Positions 10,981-21,008 of a stretch of 64,000 nucleotides of DNA are shown one piece after another. A program made the position numbers and the translations under genes. This DNA is from Alphaproteobacteria bacterium (GTDB lineage: Bacteria > Pseudomonadota > Alphaproteobacteria > GCA-2746255): the NCBI GenBank assembly GCA_965249135.1, contig OZ252220.1:64001-128000 (forward strand). Direction: 5' to 3'. Every line of letters begins with the position of its first letter. Within the stretch, counting starts at the first letter, position 1. The notes under the pieces were generated by a model, which saw only the letters and a list, made by a program, of their open reading frames with translations, had not been told where the DNA came from and did no database searches.

Positions 10981-11580
10981 CTAGTCACGCGTCCCGTGTA
11001 AGCGAAGGCGCAAATAAGCAAAGACAGTAAAAGCCAGTGCGCCGATTGCGGCGGCAACAAGGAGGGGCTCTCCCCAACCAAACCACATGGCGAACGGCAC
11101 GGCAAGAATTGCATCGTCGGGGTCGAAGCCGCCGGTTCCTTCGAAAGCGGGCTTGCTCTTGCCCTCGCGGATTTCCATCTGGACGACGAGGCCAAGGACC
11201 GCCGCCACCGACAGACCAGCCAATAAGCCCAACGGCATTGACCAGAGGCCAAGCGCACTGGCGCGCAGCCCGATGCCAATTCCGATGAACAGGGCGGCAT
11301 TTACGACCGCGTCGCAGACAAGGTCGAAACGATGCCCCCATTCGGTCGTAACGCCGGTGATGCGCGCAAGCTCGCCGTCCGCGCGGTCCAACGCCACGGA
11401 AAGAAGAAAAAAGATTCCGCCAAGAAACGTCCACAGAGGCTCCCCAATCGCGTAAGCCGTCGCAGCCCCCAGACCCGCGAGCAGACGAAGCGTCGTCAAT
11501 TGGTTCGGCGTAACCGACGTGCGGGCAAGGACTCGGGTCGGTGGCCGGACGAGGCGGTGGATCCAAGTATTGTGGCTCAT
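10981..11580 (-). CDS. CDP-alcohol phosphatidyltransferase family protein
   Basis: Complete motif DRADGELARITGVTTEWGHRFDLVCD; TPNQLT; several TM helices. Confidence 0.9.
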   Translation of the reverse strand: MSHNTWIHRLVRPPTRVLARTSVTPNQLTTLRLLAGLGAATAYAIGEPLWTFLGGIFFLLSVALDRADGELARITGVTTEWGHRFDLVCDAVVNAALFIGIGIGLRASALGLWSMPLGLLAGLSVAAVLGLVVQMEIREGKSKPAFEGTGGFDPDDAILAVPFAMWFGWGEPLLVAAAIGALAFTVFAYLRLRLHGTRD

Positions 11581-11739
11581 GAGTGGCGTTGCCTTAGCTT
11601 GCCTGGGAAGACGGGGCGTTTCTTATAGTCAGGCGGGATCGTAGTCGCACCGGTCGGCAAGACAAAGATTTTTCCCTGCGGCTTTCATTGACAGGGCTCG
11701 GCCGGCGCGGTTTCCTGATCCGATAAGAGAGTGCAGAAA

Positions 11740-12855
11740 ATGTCAGACACGCCGGAAGAACCTCTGCTGCTTACGCCAGGGCCGATCACGACCTCCCGAG
11801 CCACGAAGGAGAAGATGCTTCGTGACTGGGGCTCGCGGGATCGTGATTTCATCGCGCTTACGCGGCACGTTCTGGATCGGCTTCTTCGTCTCGCTTGCGG
11901 CGAAAAAAGCTATGCCTGCGTGCCAATCCAGGGAAGTGGCACGTTCGGCCTCGAAGCCATGCTTGGCACGCTCGTGCCACGGGAAGGGAAAGTGCTCGTT
12001 CTCGTGAACGGCGCCTATGGTGCGCGGATCGCCGAGATTGCGAACCGTATGGCCCGCAACCACCTCGCGATTTCACTTGCCGAGACGCGCCCACTCGACC
12101 CAGCGGCACTCGATAAAGCGCTGGTCGCAGATCCAACGATTACCCATGTGGCGGCCGTTCATTGCGAGACCGGATCCGGGCTTCTGAATCCCATCGAAAA
12201 GATTGCGGCGGTTACGGCAAAGCACGGACGTCGGCTGCTTCTTGATGCAATTAGCACGTTTGGCGCCTTGCCCCTCGACGTGGCTTCCCTTCCTTGCGAT
12301 GCGGTCACCGTCTCAGCCAACAAATGCTTGGAAGGCGTACCCGGGGTCACGTTTGCAATTGCGCGTGAGGACTCCCTCACCACTTCCCAAGGGAACGCCT
12401 CCTCCTTGAGCCTTGATCTTTTCGAGCAATGGCGGCTGCTCGAAGAGACCGGCCAGTGGCGATTTACACCGCCTACCCAGGTGCTCGCAGCTCTAGCCCA
12501 TGCGCTTGAGGAACACGCGGCCGAAGGCAGGATCAAGGGCCGTGGAGACCGCTACCGTAACAACTGCCAGGTTCTCATCGAAGGCATGCGGGAACTTGGG
12601 TTTCAAACTTTCCTTCCAGATGAATTTCAAGCGCCGATCATTGTCGCTTTTCATTCCCCGTCGGACCCAAATTTCACCTTTCCGGCGTTTTACGATTTCC
12701 TGCGTGATAAAGGCTATGCAATCTATCCGGGGAAAGTGACGGCGGCAGACACTTTCCGGATCGGTTGCATCGGAAAGGTCTATGAAAAAGACATCCTGGG
12801 CGTGCTGGCGGCGGTCCGTGAGGCGATGACGAAATTTGAGTTCACGCCCACCTAG
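11740..12855 (+). CDS. phnW: 2-aminoethylphosphonate transaminase (PhnW/AepZ type)
   Basis: LLLTPGP, DWGSRD, VHCETGSG, DAISTFG, SANKCLEGVPG (PLP Lys), QWRFTPPT. Confidence 0.93.
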   Translation: MSDTPEEPLLLTPGPITTSRATKEKMLRDWGSRDRDFIALTRHVLDRLLRLACGEKSYACVPIQGSGTFGLEAMLGTLVPREGKVLVLVNGAYGARIAEIANRMARNHLAISLAETRPLDPAALDKALVADPTITHVAAVHCETGSGLLNPIEKIAAVTAKHGRRLLLDAISTFGALPLDVASLPCDAVTVSANKCLEGVPGVTFAIAREDSLTTSQGNASSLSLDLFEQWRLLEETGQWRFTPPTQVLAALAHALEEHAAEGRIKGRGDRYRNNCQVLIEGMRELGFQTFLPDEFQAPIIVAFHSPSDPNFTFPAFYDFLRDKGYAIYPGKVTAADTFRIGCIGKVYEKDILGVLAAVREAMTKFEFTPT

Positions 12856-12878
12856 CACGTCCGATCGGAAGGTGGGGT

Positions 12879-14018
12879 TTAATTCTTCCCAACAAAGGTG
12901 CGGAAACGGCGCGCGACGTCCGCCGGCTTTACCGTCGGTCGCCCAAGTTTGCTGAGCGAGCCTGGGCGAATGCGAAGATGCAGGAAGGTTGGGCCGGCAA
13001 GCGATGCCGCCTCCTGAAAGGCCGCCTGAAAGCCCTTAAGCGTATCCGCGGCAAAGGCGTGCGGGTAGCCGCAGGCCAAGGCAATGGCTGCGAAATCGAC
13101 GCTTTCCGAAACCGTCGCTTGGCCCCCGGTCGAATCATGGGTGCCGTTGTCGAGCAGCACATGGAGCAGGTTTCTTGGCGCATAGGCTCCGATCGTTGCA
13201 AGCGTTCCCATTTTCATCAAAGCCGCCCCATCTCCGTCGAGCACGATGACCGGGCGCTTAACATTCAATGCCACGCCAAGGGCAAGGCCGCTTGCACAGC
13301 CCATCGAACCGACCTGATAGAGATGCTGTTCGCGGTCAGCGAGGGTGAAAAGTTCGCGCCCGCATTTCCCCGTCGTGGCGATCACGGCGGCATCCTCGGT
13401 AACGAGCTCTAAAAAGGCGGTCAGCACTTCCGAGCGGATTGGTCGTCTGCCACCTTCGCCAAGGTCGTGCCGGGTGCCGGGCAGAGGCAGCGTGCGCCGA
13501 GGCTGGTCCAGACCATCGTTACGGACCGAATCCTTTTCCATGATGAAGGCAAAAGACCGCTCGGATGCCGTCATTTCTCGATCCGCTTCCTCCAGCGCCT
13601 TCGGGATGGCGGCAGCCTCCTTCGGAAACGGTCGGTGCGGGATTTCCATGTCGTCCAGCAATCGGTCCGTGATCCGTCCCATCAACTCGTGCTGCGGCTC
13701 ATCGGCGTGTCCCGGCTGTCCCCGCCAGGTCGTGATGAGGAGGATCGGAATGCGAAAGGGATAGGCGAGCGAGGTAAGGGGATTGACCGTGTTCCCAAGT
13801 CCCGAATTCTGACACATGGTGACGCCGCGCTTGCCTGCGAGCCATGCACCCGCGGCGATGGCGACGGCTTCTCCCTCGCTAGCCGCCCCCACGTAATGAA
13901 GCTTTGGATGCCCGATCGCACGGTTGATGAAGGGGGTCAGAAACGAGCAGGGCACTCCAGAATAGAAATCGAACCCGCGCTCGCGCGCCGGCTCCAAGAA
14001 TGCATCTGCTTCGATCAT
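12879..14018 (-). CDS. aepY: Phosphonopyruvate decarboxylase (Ppd)
   Basis: [31 protein letters not shown] ThDP motif, HDSTGGQ; overlaps the pepM stop. Confidence 0.95.
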   Translation of the reverse strand: MIEADAFLEPARERGFDFYSGVPCSFLTPFINRAIGHPKLHYVGAASEGEAVAIAAGAWLAGKRGVTMCQNSGLGNTVNPLTSLAYPFRIPILLITTWRGQPGHADEPQHELMGRITDRLLDDMEIPHRPFPKEAAAIPKALEEADREMTASERSFAFIMEKDSVRNDGLDQPRRTLPLPGTRHDLGEGGRRPIRSEVLTAFLELVTEDAAVIATTGKCGRELFTLADREQHLYQVGSMGCASGLALGVALNVKRPVIVLDGDGAALMKMGTLATIGAYAPRNLLHVLLDNGTHDSTGGQATVSESVDFAAIALACGYPHAFAADTLKGFQAAFQEAASLAGPTFLHLRIRPGSLSKLGRPTVKPADVARRFRTFVGKN

Positions 14019-15670
14019 AGAAAGTTGCGTGCTTTCGCGAGATCGAAAGGATCGTCGATATCGAGCCAGTGACCAGTAATGTACTGCACTTGGATCTTAT
14101 GACCTGACTCGACCAGCCGGTTAAAGAGATCCGGCATGTCCGCCGTCTGCAGGCTGCCATCCGTGGACATCACTTCAATCTCATCCCGGACAATCTTTGC
14201 ACCATTCGGGCTGAGTAGGACAAGTCCCACCCATTCACCATGAATTTCATCGGTTGGGATTTCCGTTCCGACACGAAGCAATCGCGCCGTGTCGCCCTCA
14301 AGGTAATCGGGGTGGAAGGGGTTGTCGCATTGAACGAAATCGCGTGTACGCTTCTGCGTTTGACGTTCCCGCCAAAGTGCGTCGGCGGCGACAGTAATAT
14401 CGGCATCCGACCCCTGCAGCTGTTCAAGAATGTAGCTTCGGTAAAGGATATCGCCGTAGGTAATGAGACAAGGCCCATCCTTTAACTGATCGATTGCGCA
14501 AGCAAGCGAGGCGACCTCGCCGGTCTCGGCAAAGTTGGCGTTCGTACGCATATCGATCGCCGGTATGTCGATGGCTTCCTTCCGATAGCCGCCGACGACA
14601 GTAACGTTGCGAATGCCACTCTCGCGTATCGTTGCAATCATCGTACGCAGCAGAGGTTTGCCGCGCACATCGATCATGCATTTCGGGCGGTCTTCGGTAA
14701 GCGGGCCAAGAGAATCGCCCCGCGTTGCCGCAAGGATGATCGCACGTGCCTTTTCACCTCTTTGCGGCAGATAACGCCGTTCCGCCTCTGCCAGCTCGGT
14801 TTGTCCTGCAAGTTCGAAGACGTCCTTCACCGACGCAACGGTATCTTCAACGTTGACTAGACTTTGACTCTCATAGATCCGTTTGCATACGTCCCGCATT
14901 CCGGCAATGGCGGCACGCAGATTGTGATTTGCCCAAATGACCGTTGATATCCCGGCATTCTCAAACTGCCCCGTCGGCGTCGCATAGTACATCGTCGGCA
15001 CAATGATAACCGAACATGTGTTTCCCCATTCCTTCATGAAGGCGAAGATTTCATCCGCGGTTTTCTCTTTGGAGTGTACGAGAAGTGCATCGGCGCCGGC
15101 TTGATGATAAGCCTCGGCGCGCCGCAGCGCTTCATCCAATCCCCAACCTGCGATGAAAGCCTCGATCCGCGCGATGACGCAGAAGTCAGAGTTGAGTTGA
15201 CTGTCTTTGCCTGCCTTGATCTTGCCACAGAACTCATCAATGTCTGCCAGGGGCTGGCCTTCCCCGAGGAAGGAATTCGTTTTCGGAAACTGCTTGTCTT
15301 CGATGCAGACACCGGCAACGTTTCGCTGGCAAAGCTTCGTCACCAGCCGGCGAACGTTGTTGAAATTCCCATAGCCCGTATCCCCATCCACCAGGATCGG
15401 GATCGATGTCGCATCCGACATGAATTCGAGGATTTCGAGGACCTGGGTCCAGGAGGCCTCGTTGTTGTCGCGTACGCCAAGGGCCGCTGAGATGGAGAGA
15501 CCGGACGCCCAAATGCCACGAAAACCGGCTTCCTCGACAATCTTCGCAGAAAGCCCGTTATGGGCTTCCATCAGAAAGGAGAGTTTCGGCGAAAGCAACT
15601 CCCCACGAAGGAGCGCTGCCTTCGTAGGCTCTGAGGATGCTTCCGGCGCGCGTTTCGGAAGAACGGTCAT
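14015..15670 (-). CDS. pepM: Phosphoenolpyruvate mutase fused to a C-terminal NTP-transferase (cytidylyltransferase) domain
   Basis: [10 protein letters not shown] matches the PepM EDKxxxxxNS signature; DGDTGYG; C-terminal ILAATRG...DRPKCM...WLDIDD. Confidence 0.96.
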   Translation of the reverse strand: MTVLPKRAPEASSEPTKAALLRGELLSPKLSFLMEAHNGLSAKIVEEAGFRGIWASGLSISAALGVRDNNEASWTQVLEILEFMSDATSIPILVDGDTGYGNFNNVRRLVTKLCQRNVAGVCIEDKQFPKTNSFLGEGQPLADIDEFCGKIKAGKDSQLNSDFCVIARIEAFIAGWGLDEALRRAEAYHQAGADALLVHSKEKTADEIFAFMKEWGNTCSVIIVPTMYYATPTGQFENAGISTVIWANHNLRAAIAGMRDVCKRIYESQSLVNVEDTVASVKDVFELAGQTELAEAERRYLPQRGEKARAIILAATRGDSLGPLTEDRPKCMIDVRGKPLLRTMIATIRESGIRNVTVVGGYRKEAIDIPAIDMRTNANFAETGEVASLACAIDQLKDGPCLITYGDILYRSYILEQLQGSDADITVAADALWRERQTQKRTRDFVQCDNPFHPDYLEGDTARLLRVGTEIPTDEIHGEWVGLVLLSPNGAKIVRDEIEVMSTDGSLQTADMPDLFNRLVESGHKIQVQYITGHWLDIDDPFDLAKARNFL

Positions 15671-15834
15671 CGGCCCAGAATTTTCATGGATGGGACCCGT
15701 AACATTTACGTCATATCTCTTGGATTTTCAAATGCCTGTGTTGACTTGCCACGAAGCTCAATGACGGTCGAGCTTGCACGCCTGCCCTACCGGTGCGATA
15801 TCCGGTCGGAAAACGTAGGACGAGGGTATCCCCT

Positions 15835-16572
15835 ATGAAAGTCGTCATGCTTGCCGCCGGGGTAGGCTCAAGGCTCGGCGAAGAGGGCAGGCTCCCAAAG
15901 GTGCTCCTGGAATTCGGGGGTCAAACGCTGCTCGAGCGTCATATCAAGATCTTAAGCGCGGCGGGCCTCGAATCCCTTATCCTTGGGGTAGGCTTCGAGG
16001 CGGAGCGAATCGCGGCAGCGGTCGAAAAGCTGCATGCCGAGGACTTCGTCCGTCTCATCGGGAATCCGGACTACCGAAAGGGAAGCATCACGACCCTTTG
16101 GGCGCTTAAGGATGCGATCCCTGCCAACGAGCCGATCCTGCTGATGGACGCGGACGTCCTTTACGACCCGCGGCTGATCGGGCGGCTACTGGCAACCTCG
16201 CATGCCAACTGCTTTCTTCTCGACCGCGATGTCGAGGAGGGAGAGGAACCCGTCAAACTTGGCGTACGAGGTGCAGAGCTTGTCGATTTCAATCGGCGCA
16301 TCACATTGCCCCATGACTTCTATGGCGAATCCGTCGGTTTTTTCCGTTTCTCGCCTGAGATTACGGAGAAGGTGATGGCGCATGCGGAACGCCGTTTGCA
16401 GGCAGGAGAGACGGAGCTTTGGTATGAAGAAGCGATTCGCGATGTGCTTCTTTCCGAACCTATCGGCACCTTTGGCTTTGAAGACGTGACCGGCCTTCCC
16501 TGGATCGAGATTGATTTTCCGGAAGATATTCGACGCGCGGACGAAGAGATTTTGCCAAGGCTATTGGTCTGA
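15835..16572 (+). CDS. Phosphocholine/phosphonate cytidylyltransferase family NTP transferase
   Basis: MLAAGVGSRL, PKVLL, LMDADVL, WIEIDFPED; divergent from pepM. Confidence 0.85.
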   Translation: MKVVMLAAGVGSRLGEEGRLPKVLLEFGGQTLLERHIKILSAAGLESLILGVGFEAERIAAAVEKLHAEDFVRLIGNPDYRKGSITTLWALKDAIPANEPILLMDADVLYDPRLIGRLLATSHANCFLLDRDVEEGEEPVKLGVRGAELVDFNRRITLPHDFYGESVGFFRFSPEITEKVMAHAERRLQAGETELWYEEAIRDVLLSEPIGTFGFEDVTGLPWIEIDFPEDIRRADEEILPRLLV

Positions 16573-17340
16573 ATTTCCGTTCCGGAAGAGATAGTTTTCT
16601 GGCCCCTGATAGCCATCAATACACATAGACGTGCCGGACTGAAAATTCATTTGATAGGTTTCGTACCCAACAGCGTGCAGAAAATCGAAGACATCTTTCA
16701 CGTGATGGCCCATGCGTGCCAGGTAGTCTTCGACGACCTCTAGATAAAGCGTGGGACGGAAACGACGGATGGTCTCGGCGCCCCCTTGCAGAACCAGGAA
16801 TTCGGCACCCTCGACATCGCATTTCACGAAATCGAGACGAGAAAACCCATTTTCAGTTGCGTAGCTGTCAAGGGTCGCCGTTTGTACGCGCTCCGTGACG
16901 TAATCACGCGCTTGCTCTGCTCCAAAATGTCCCAGCCCGATACCCAGATGGCCGGACTCCTTTACCGGCAAATAAAAATCGATTTCTCCGGTCTTATCGG
17001 AAAGGGCGAATTCGTTGATGCGCACGTTGTTAAGCTTACCCACGACCTCTTTCAGGATCGAGAGGTTATAGGGGGAAGGCTCGAAACAGTGCACGGAGAC
17101 ATTCCCGTGATGGAGCCGGGCAAACTCCTTCGCATAGCCCCCTATATGCGCACCAATGTCGAGGATAACCCCCTGTTCGGGGATGAGCGTGCCCAGGCAT
17201 TTGACGACGTGACGGTCGCGCGCCTTGTATTTTGCCTTGAGCTTATGGAGGAAGCGCTCAAAGCGTTGCGCAGGCGCATTGTAGACCTCAGTTGGGTCGA
17301 GTTTCTGACCTTTCCGTTCCAAAATGGCGCGTCCATCCAA
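16561..17340 (-). CDS. FkbM-family SAM methyltransferase (start uncertain)
   Basis: ILDIGAHIG, CFEP, LDFVKCDVEGAE; no in-frame ATG ahead of the SAM motif, TTG 17340 chosen. Confidence 0.8.
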   Translation of the reverse strand: MDGRAILERKGQKLDPTEVYNAPAQRFERFLHKLKAKYKARDRHVVKCLGTLIPEQGVILDIGAHIGGYAKEFARLHHGNVSVHCFEPSPYNLSILKEVVGKLNNVRINEFALSDKTGEIDFYLPVKESGHLGIGLGHFGAEQARDYVTERVQTATLDSYATENGFSRLDFVKCDVEGAEFLVLQGGAETIRRFRPTLYLEVVEDYLARMGHHVKDVFDFLHAVGYETYQMNFQSGTSMCIDGYQGPENYLFRNGNSDQ

Positions 17341-17356
17341 TCCAGGTGGCACGAAG

Positions 17357-17401
17357 TGGTGGGCGCTGCTGGGTTTGAACCAGCGACCCCTGCCGTGTGA
17401 A
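17357..17401 (-). repeat. att-like 45-bp direct repeat of the tRNA-Val 3' half
   Basis: Identical to 21792-21836 (TGGTGGGCGCTGCTGGGTTTGAACCAGCGACCCCTGCCGTGTGAA). Confidence 0.93.
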
Positions 17402-17497
17402 AAAAGCCTAACCCGCAAAAAATAGCATCGTTCAAGGTTTTTTGAGAAACGTCTTTCGTCGTTTAGACATGTCTAAAACAAGAACACCGATCAAAAA

Positions 17498-17513
17498 TGG
17501 TTCAAATGAACCA
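17498..17513. repeat. TGGTTCAAATGAACCA palindrome, left copy
   Basis: 7-2-7 inverted repeat identical to 21735-21750. Confidence 0.8.
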
Positions 17514-17657
17514 CCGCACGGTGCTTTTTTCAGCATCCCAATGCTCTCGACTTTGACCAATAGACTCTAATTACTTGTGCGGTTTGTACGTGAACTGATG
17601 TCTATTTAGCGAGGCGCGAGATTCGGCCGTTCCGGAAAGCCAAACGCTTACCGCCGT

Positions 17658-18785
17658 TTATCGACCGGAGTCTTCAGGCGGTGACGGCCGCACATTCGAC
17701 GTTCCCCATTCGTAACCGAGGGTCAGAAGATAGGCCGTATCGGTACCGGTCTTGCCTCGGACCGGAGAATTGTCCCAATCGAAATTCGCCTGCAGGGTGG
17801 CAAGAAAACCGTGGACGAGACGGAAGCGAAGGCCGGTACGGGTCCGGATGATGAGGTCGCTTGTATTCTCCAATCCCAAAAGCCCCTCCTGGGAGTGGAA
17901 GGCCTCGGCGCGATTGCGAAACAAGGCTTCCTGGTAGTTGATCGACCAGCGTGCAGCCGGATAATCTTTATCCTTCTGTGTACTAAAACCTTCCGTCACA
18001 TAACTGAATCCGAATTCGGCGGAAAGATCGCGTTCCTCGGTGTCGAAAAACTGATAGCCGGCGCCCCCGCCTGTCGCCGTGCGACGATTGAGGTCCTCAA
18101 ACTTATCGCGCTCGAAGCTCGCATTAAGGAAAGCAAACCACTGCTTCGTAAGGAAGTAATCGTACTTGGCAGAGACGAACGTATTATCATCGGTTTCTCT
18201 GCCGTCGTTCTTTTCCAGGTTGTATTCGAAGACAAGCTTCGCCCGGTGACGTTGCTTGCGCGCATTCACTTCCCCATCCACGTGATAGTTGTCTTCGTCA
18301 TTATTGCCTCTCTCGGCATCGAAGCCGAGATTGAGGCGGCCCCGCAATTCGAGTTTCCCTGCTTCCGAAACCGCAGGCTGAGCCGCCGCCTTGGGGGGCG
18401 CGGCCCGGGTCGCGATCTGCCGGGTAGCGGTCTGAATATCCGTGAAGCGAAATTCCCAGGCGCGCGTGAAGTCGGGGGTGACGAGCTGAAGCATGCTCCC
18501 ATAGCGGGGCGCGATCGTGCCCACGAGCCGCGTGCCGCTCGGAAACGTCACGTGCAAGGGCCAGTCCGCCTGGATGGCGGCAACCTCCTGGCGGCGAATG
18601 CGAATCCTGCCCGCGTAAGTCGTTTGCAGGGCGACTTCCTTCGGGTCGATCCCTTCGATCGTCCCTCTAAGGCGGTCGCCGGATTTCAGGAAAACCTCAT
18701 CTGCGGCGGCGGCGCCGGCGAAAACGAGGAAAAGAGCCAGGAGAACCAGACAGATCGGCCCTCGGAGATTGCCTCCCCTCAGCAC
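17658..18785 (-). CDS. DUF481/YdiY-family outer-membrane beta-barrel protein
   Basis: Signal peptide, DEVFLKSGDRLRG N-domain, GNND, KYDYF, GAGYQF, LTLGYEW. Confidence 0.8.
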   Translation of the reverse strand: MLRGGNLRGPICLVLLALFLVFAGAAAADEVFLKSGDRLRGTIEGIDPKEVALQTTYAGRIRIRRQEVAAIQADWPLHVTFPSGTRLVGTIAPRYGSMLQLVTPDFTRAWEFRFTDIQTATRQIATRAAPPKAAAQPAVSEAGKLELRGRLNLGFDAERGNNDEDNYHVDGEVNARKQRHRAKLVFEYNLEKNDGRETDDNTFVSAKYDYFLTKQWFAFLNASFERDKFEDLNRRTATGGGAGYQFFDTEERDLSAEFGFSYVTEGFSTQKDKDYPAARWSINYQEALFRNRAEAFHSQEGLLGLENTSDLIIRTRTGLRFRLVHGFLATLQANFDWDNSPVRGKTGTDTAYLLTLGYEWGTSNVRPSPPEDSGR

Positions 18786-19126
18786 GCGATCCGCCCTAGA
18801 GGTCGCACACCCCGCAAAGCAAGCGATTCCGCAACGGGTTTTCGTCTCACTGCCCCTCTCGCCCTTGCCATCCGCGCAATTGGCAAGCCCAACGTCAGCG
18901 GGCGCCAGTCCATGGCGTAAAGCATATCTCTGTTAGGCAACACCGTTCCGACGAATTCCACGAACGAAAAAGCATGCCCGGACAGGTGACGAACACCGCA
19001 CGAGACCCTATACTGTGGCGCGACGGACTTGGTGACAAGCCCTTCATTCAGCCACTGCCCGTTTTTTCCAGGCAGCTACGACTAGACGATCGGCGGACGG
19101 AACGAACCAAACCGGTCCCGTTCCGT

Positions 19127-19162
19127 TAGGTGCGGTTGCACTTCTAGGTGCGATCGCACTTC
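19127..19162. promoter_or_regulatory. Tandem 18-bp repeat with palindromic cores, candidate operator
   Basis: TAGGTGCGGTTGCACTTC / TAGGTGCGATCGCACTTC upstream of the islet operon. Confidence 0.4.
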
Positions 19163-19312
19163 GCTCGCCCCGTGTGTCTCAGCCGGTTTGAGTTCTAGTG
19201 TGCTTGCCAAGAGAGGAAGGCGAATCTGTGGTGCCTGCTCGAAGAGCCTGAGCCGCGGAAGTTTTTTTGTCGGGATTGAATTGCTTATGGAACAGTGGAG
19301 AAGAATAGGTCG

Positions 19313-20134
19313 ATGATCGCTCATGATCGCGCAACCACGGCGCTCCTGCTCGCTGCGGGTACAGGAAGTCGTTTGCGCCCATTGACCAAGAACGCCCCGA
19401 AGTGTCTCACTGAAGTCGGTGGCATCCCAATCCTCGAACGGCTGGTCAACAACCTGCGTGAACACGGAATCAAGAGGCTGGTGGTGGTTATTGGACACCT
19501 GGGCGACCATATCCGCGATTTCCTGAACGATAAGGCGGGCGATATGCAGGTCGACTGCATCCTCAGCCCCAAGTACCAGACAACCAACAACATCTATTCC
19601 CTCTGGCTGGCCCGGGAACGAATCCGGGAACCGTTCCTGCTGGTGGAAAGCGACCTGATCTTCGATGCCTTGATGTTGGAGAACATGCTCCATCCGGACA
19701 AGATCGCGATTTCCCGCATCCGGCCCTGGATGAACGGGACAACGGTGACAGTTGGCCCCGGGAGGCGGGTCAGGGCCTTCAATGTCGGCGGCGGTGCGGA
19801 GGATGACGTACCGCGTTACAAGACGGTGAATGTCTACAGCCTTTCCGCGCCGACCTGGAACAAGACCGTGACAAGACTGAACCGCTACATCTCGAATGGT
19901 AGGGTCGGTGAGTATTACGAAGCCGTTTTCGCTGAAATGGTTGCCGACGGCACGCTTTCCTTCGAAGTGGCCTTCTTCGATCCAGACCGCTGGTATGAAA
20001 TCGACACCATGGCGGACCTCAACGAAGCGGAAAGGAGGTTCGGTGGGATGTCCCACCCCTACGTCGGGCCAGATGTCTGCCGTCTTCAAACCGCCGGGAG
20101 AGGCTCGTTGACATCGGTTGCCGCGAATGACTGA
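19313..20134 (+). CDS. LicC-like phosphocholine cytidylyltransferase family protein
   Basis: LLAAGTGSRLRPLTKNAPKCL, YQTTNNIYSLW, LVESDLIF, WYEIDT. Confidence 0.85.
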   Translation: MIAHDRATTALLLAAGTGSRLRPLTKNAPKCLTEVGGIPILERLVNNLREHGIKRLVVVIGHLGDHIRDFLNDKAGDMQVDCILSPKYQTTNNIYSLWLARERIREPFLLVESDLIFDALMLENMLHPDKIAISRIRPWMNGTTVTVGPGRRVRAFNVGGGAEDDVPRYKTVNVYSLSAPTWNKTVTRLNRYISNGRVGEYYEAVFAEMVADGTLSFEVAFFDPDRWYEIDTMADLNEAERRFGGMSHPYVGPDVCRLQTAGRGSLTSVAAND

Positions 20135-20939
20135 GATCAACTACGCAACGGCCAACCGGTATTGGGAAGGGGCCACGCCTTCGATCCTCGGGCCGTACAT
20201 GATGGACGGGTTCGGCTTTCCCGTGAGCGCGGGAGGGTTCCGTTTCCGGGCGGAATCGCGGATCGTCCGGCGACTGGTCCACAGCGTGAAACGGGACGGC
20301 ACGGTCCTCGATCTCGGAAGCGGCGTCGGGTTCTGGGCCGGGGACTTCGCTGCTCGCTTCTCCCAGGTAGTCGCGGTCGAGGGTAGCGGGACGCTGTACC
20401 AGGCTTTGGAGAGAAGGTGCGCTCCACACCCTAACGTCCGTCCCGTCCACGACAACGTCATGTCGTTCGAGCCTGACGGTCGCTATGACCTGATCTTTCT
20501 CGGCGGCCTGCTCATGTACCTCAACGAAAAGGACGTGATTGCCCTGCTGCGGAGACTGGTTCCGTTCCTCGAACCGGGCGGAATGATCCTGTGCCGCGAG
20601 TCCACCGTCCGCGGCGAGACCGTAGCACGTCGGGGCGACTACCAGGTCGTCTATCGTTCCGTGCTGGACTACGGACGTATCTTCGGGCAATGCGGATTGA
20701 GCGTCCGGCACATCGAGAGAAACGAGCCCTATGTTCTCATGCAGATGGGGTGCGAACTGGTCAAGATATGGAAGGAAACGGTGTCTGAGCGATTTCAGGT
20801 CCTTCGGGGCGTTGGCCATTTGACGTATTTCATGTTGCGCCTGGGAAACCCCTGGATCACGCGCGTTCCCAAGGTGCTGGGTATTCCGTTTCCGAAGCTG
20901 GAAAACCACTTCTTCGTGCTCGAAGCGGAGCGTCCTTAA
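20127..20939 (+). CDS. Class I SAM methyltransferase, phosphoethanolamine N-methyltransferase-like
   Basis: VLDLGSGVG SAM motif; YDLIFLGGLLMYLNEKDV...LEPGGMILCRES; overlaps the upstream gene. Confidence 0.75.
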   Translation: MTEINYATANRYWEGATPSILGPYMMDGFGFPVSAGGFRFRAESRIVRRLVHSVKRDGTVLDLGSGVGFWAGDFAARFSQVVAVEGSGTLYQALERRCAPHPNVRPVHDNVMSFEPDGRYDLIFLGGLLMYLNEKDVIALLRRLVPFLEPGGMILCRESTVRGETVARRGDYQVVYRSVLDYGRIFGQCGLSVRHIERNEPYVLMQMGCELVKIWKETVSERFQVLRGVGHLTYFMLRLGNPWITRVPKVLGIPFPKLENHFFVLEAERP

Positions 20940-21008
20940 TATTTATGGGGCGCAGTCGTTTCCATCGGCTCAGGCCCGCTCCAACTCACGCTCATCTCGG
21001 GGGCAACG

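Noticed and set aside
11740-12855. phnW as evidence of AEP catabolism
   Set aside because: No phnX, phnA or phnZ and no transporter; adjacency to ppd and pepM indicates biosynthesis
17357-17401. Second tRNA-Val gene
   Set aside because: Only the 3' 45 nt are present, with no D-arm or 5' acceptor strand; it is an att remnant
17811-20909. Long opposite-strand ORFs (17811-18920, 19082-20140, 20019-20909) as a possible integrase
   Set aside because: No tyrosine or serine recombinase motifs; they are shadows of real genes in GC-rich DNA
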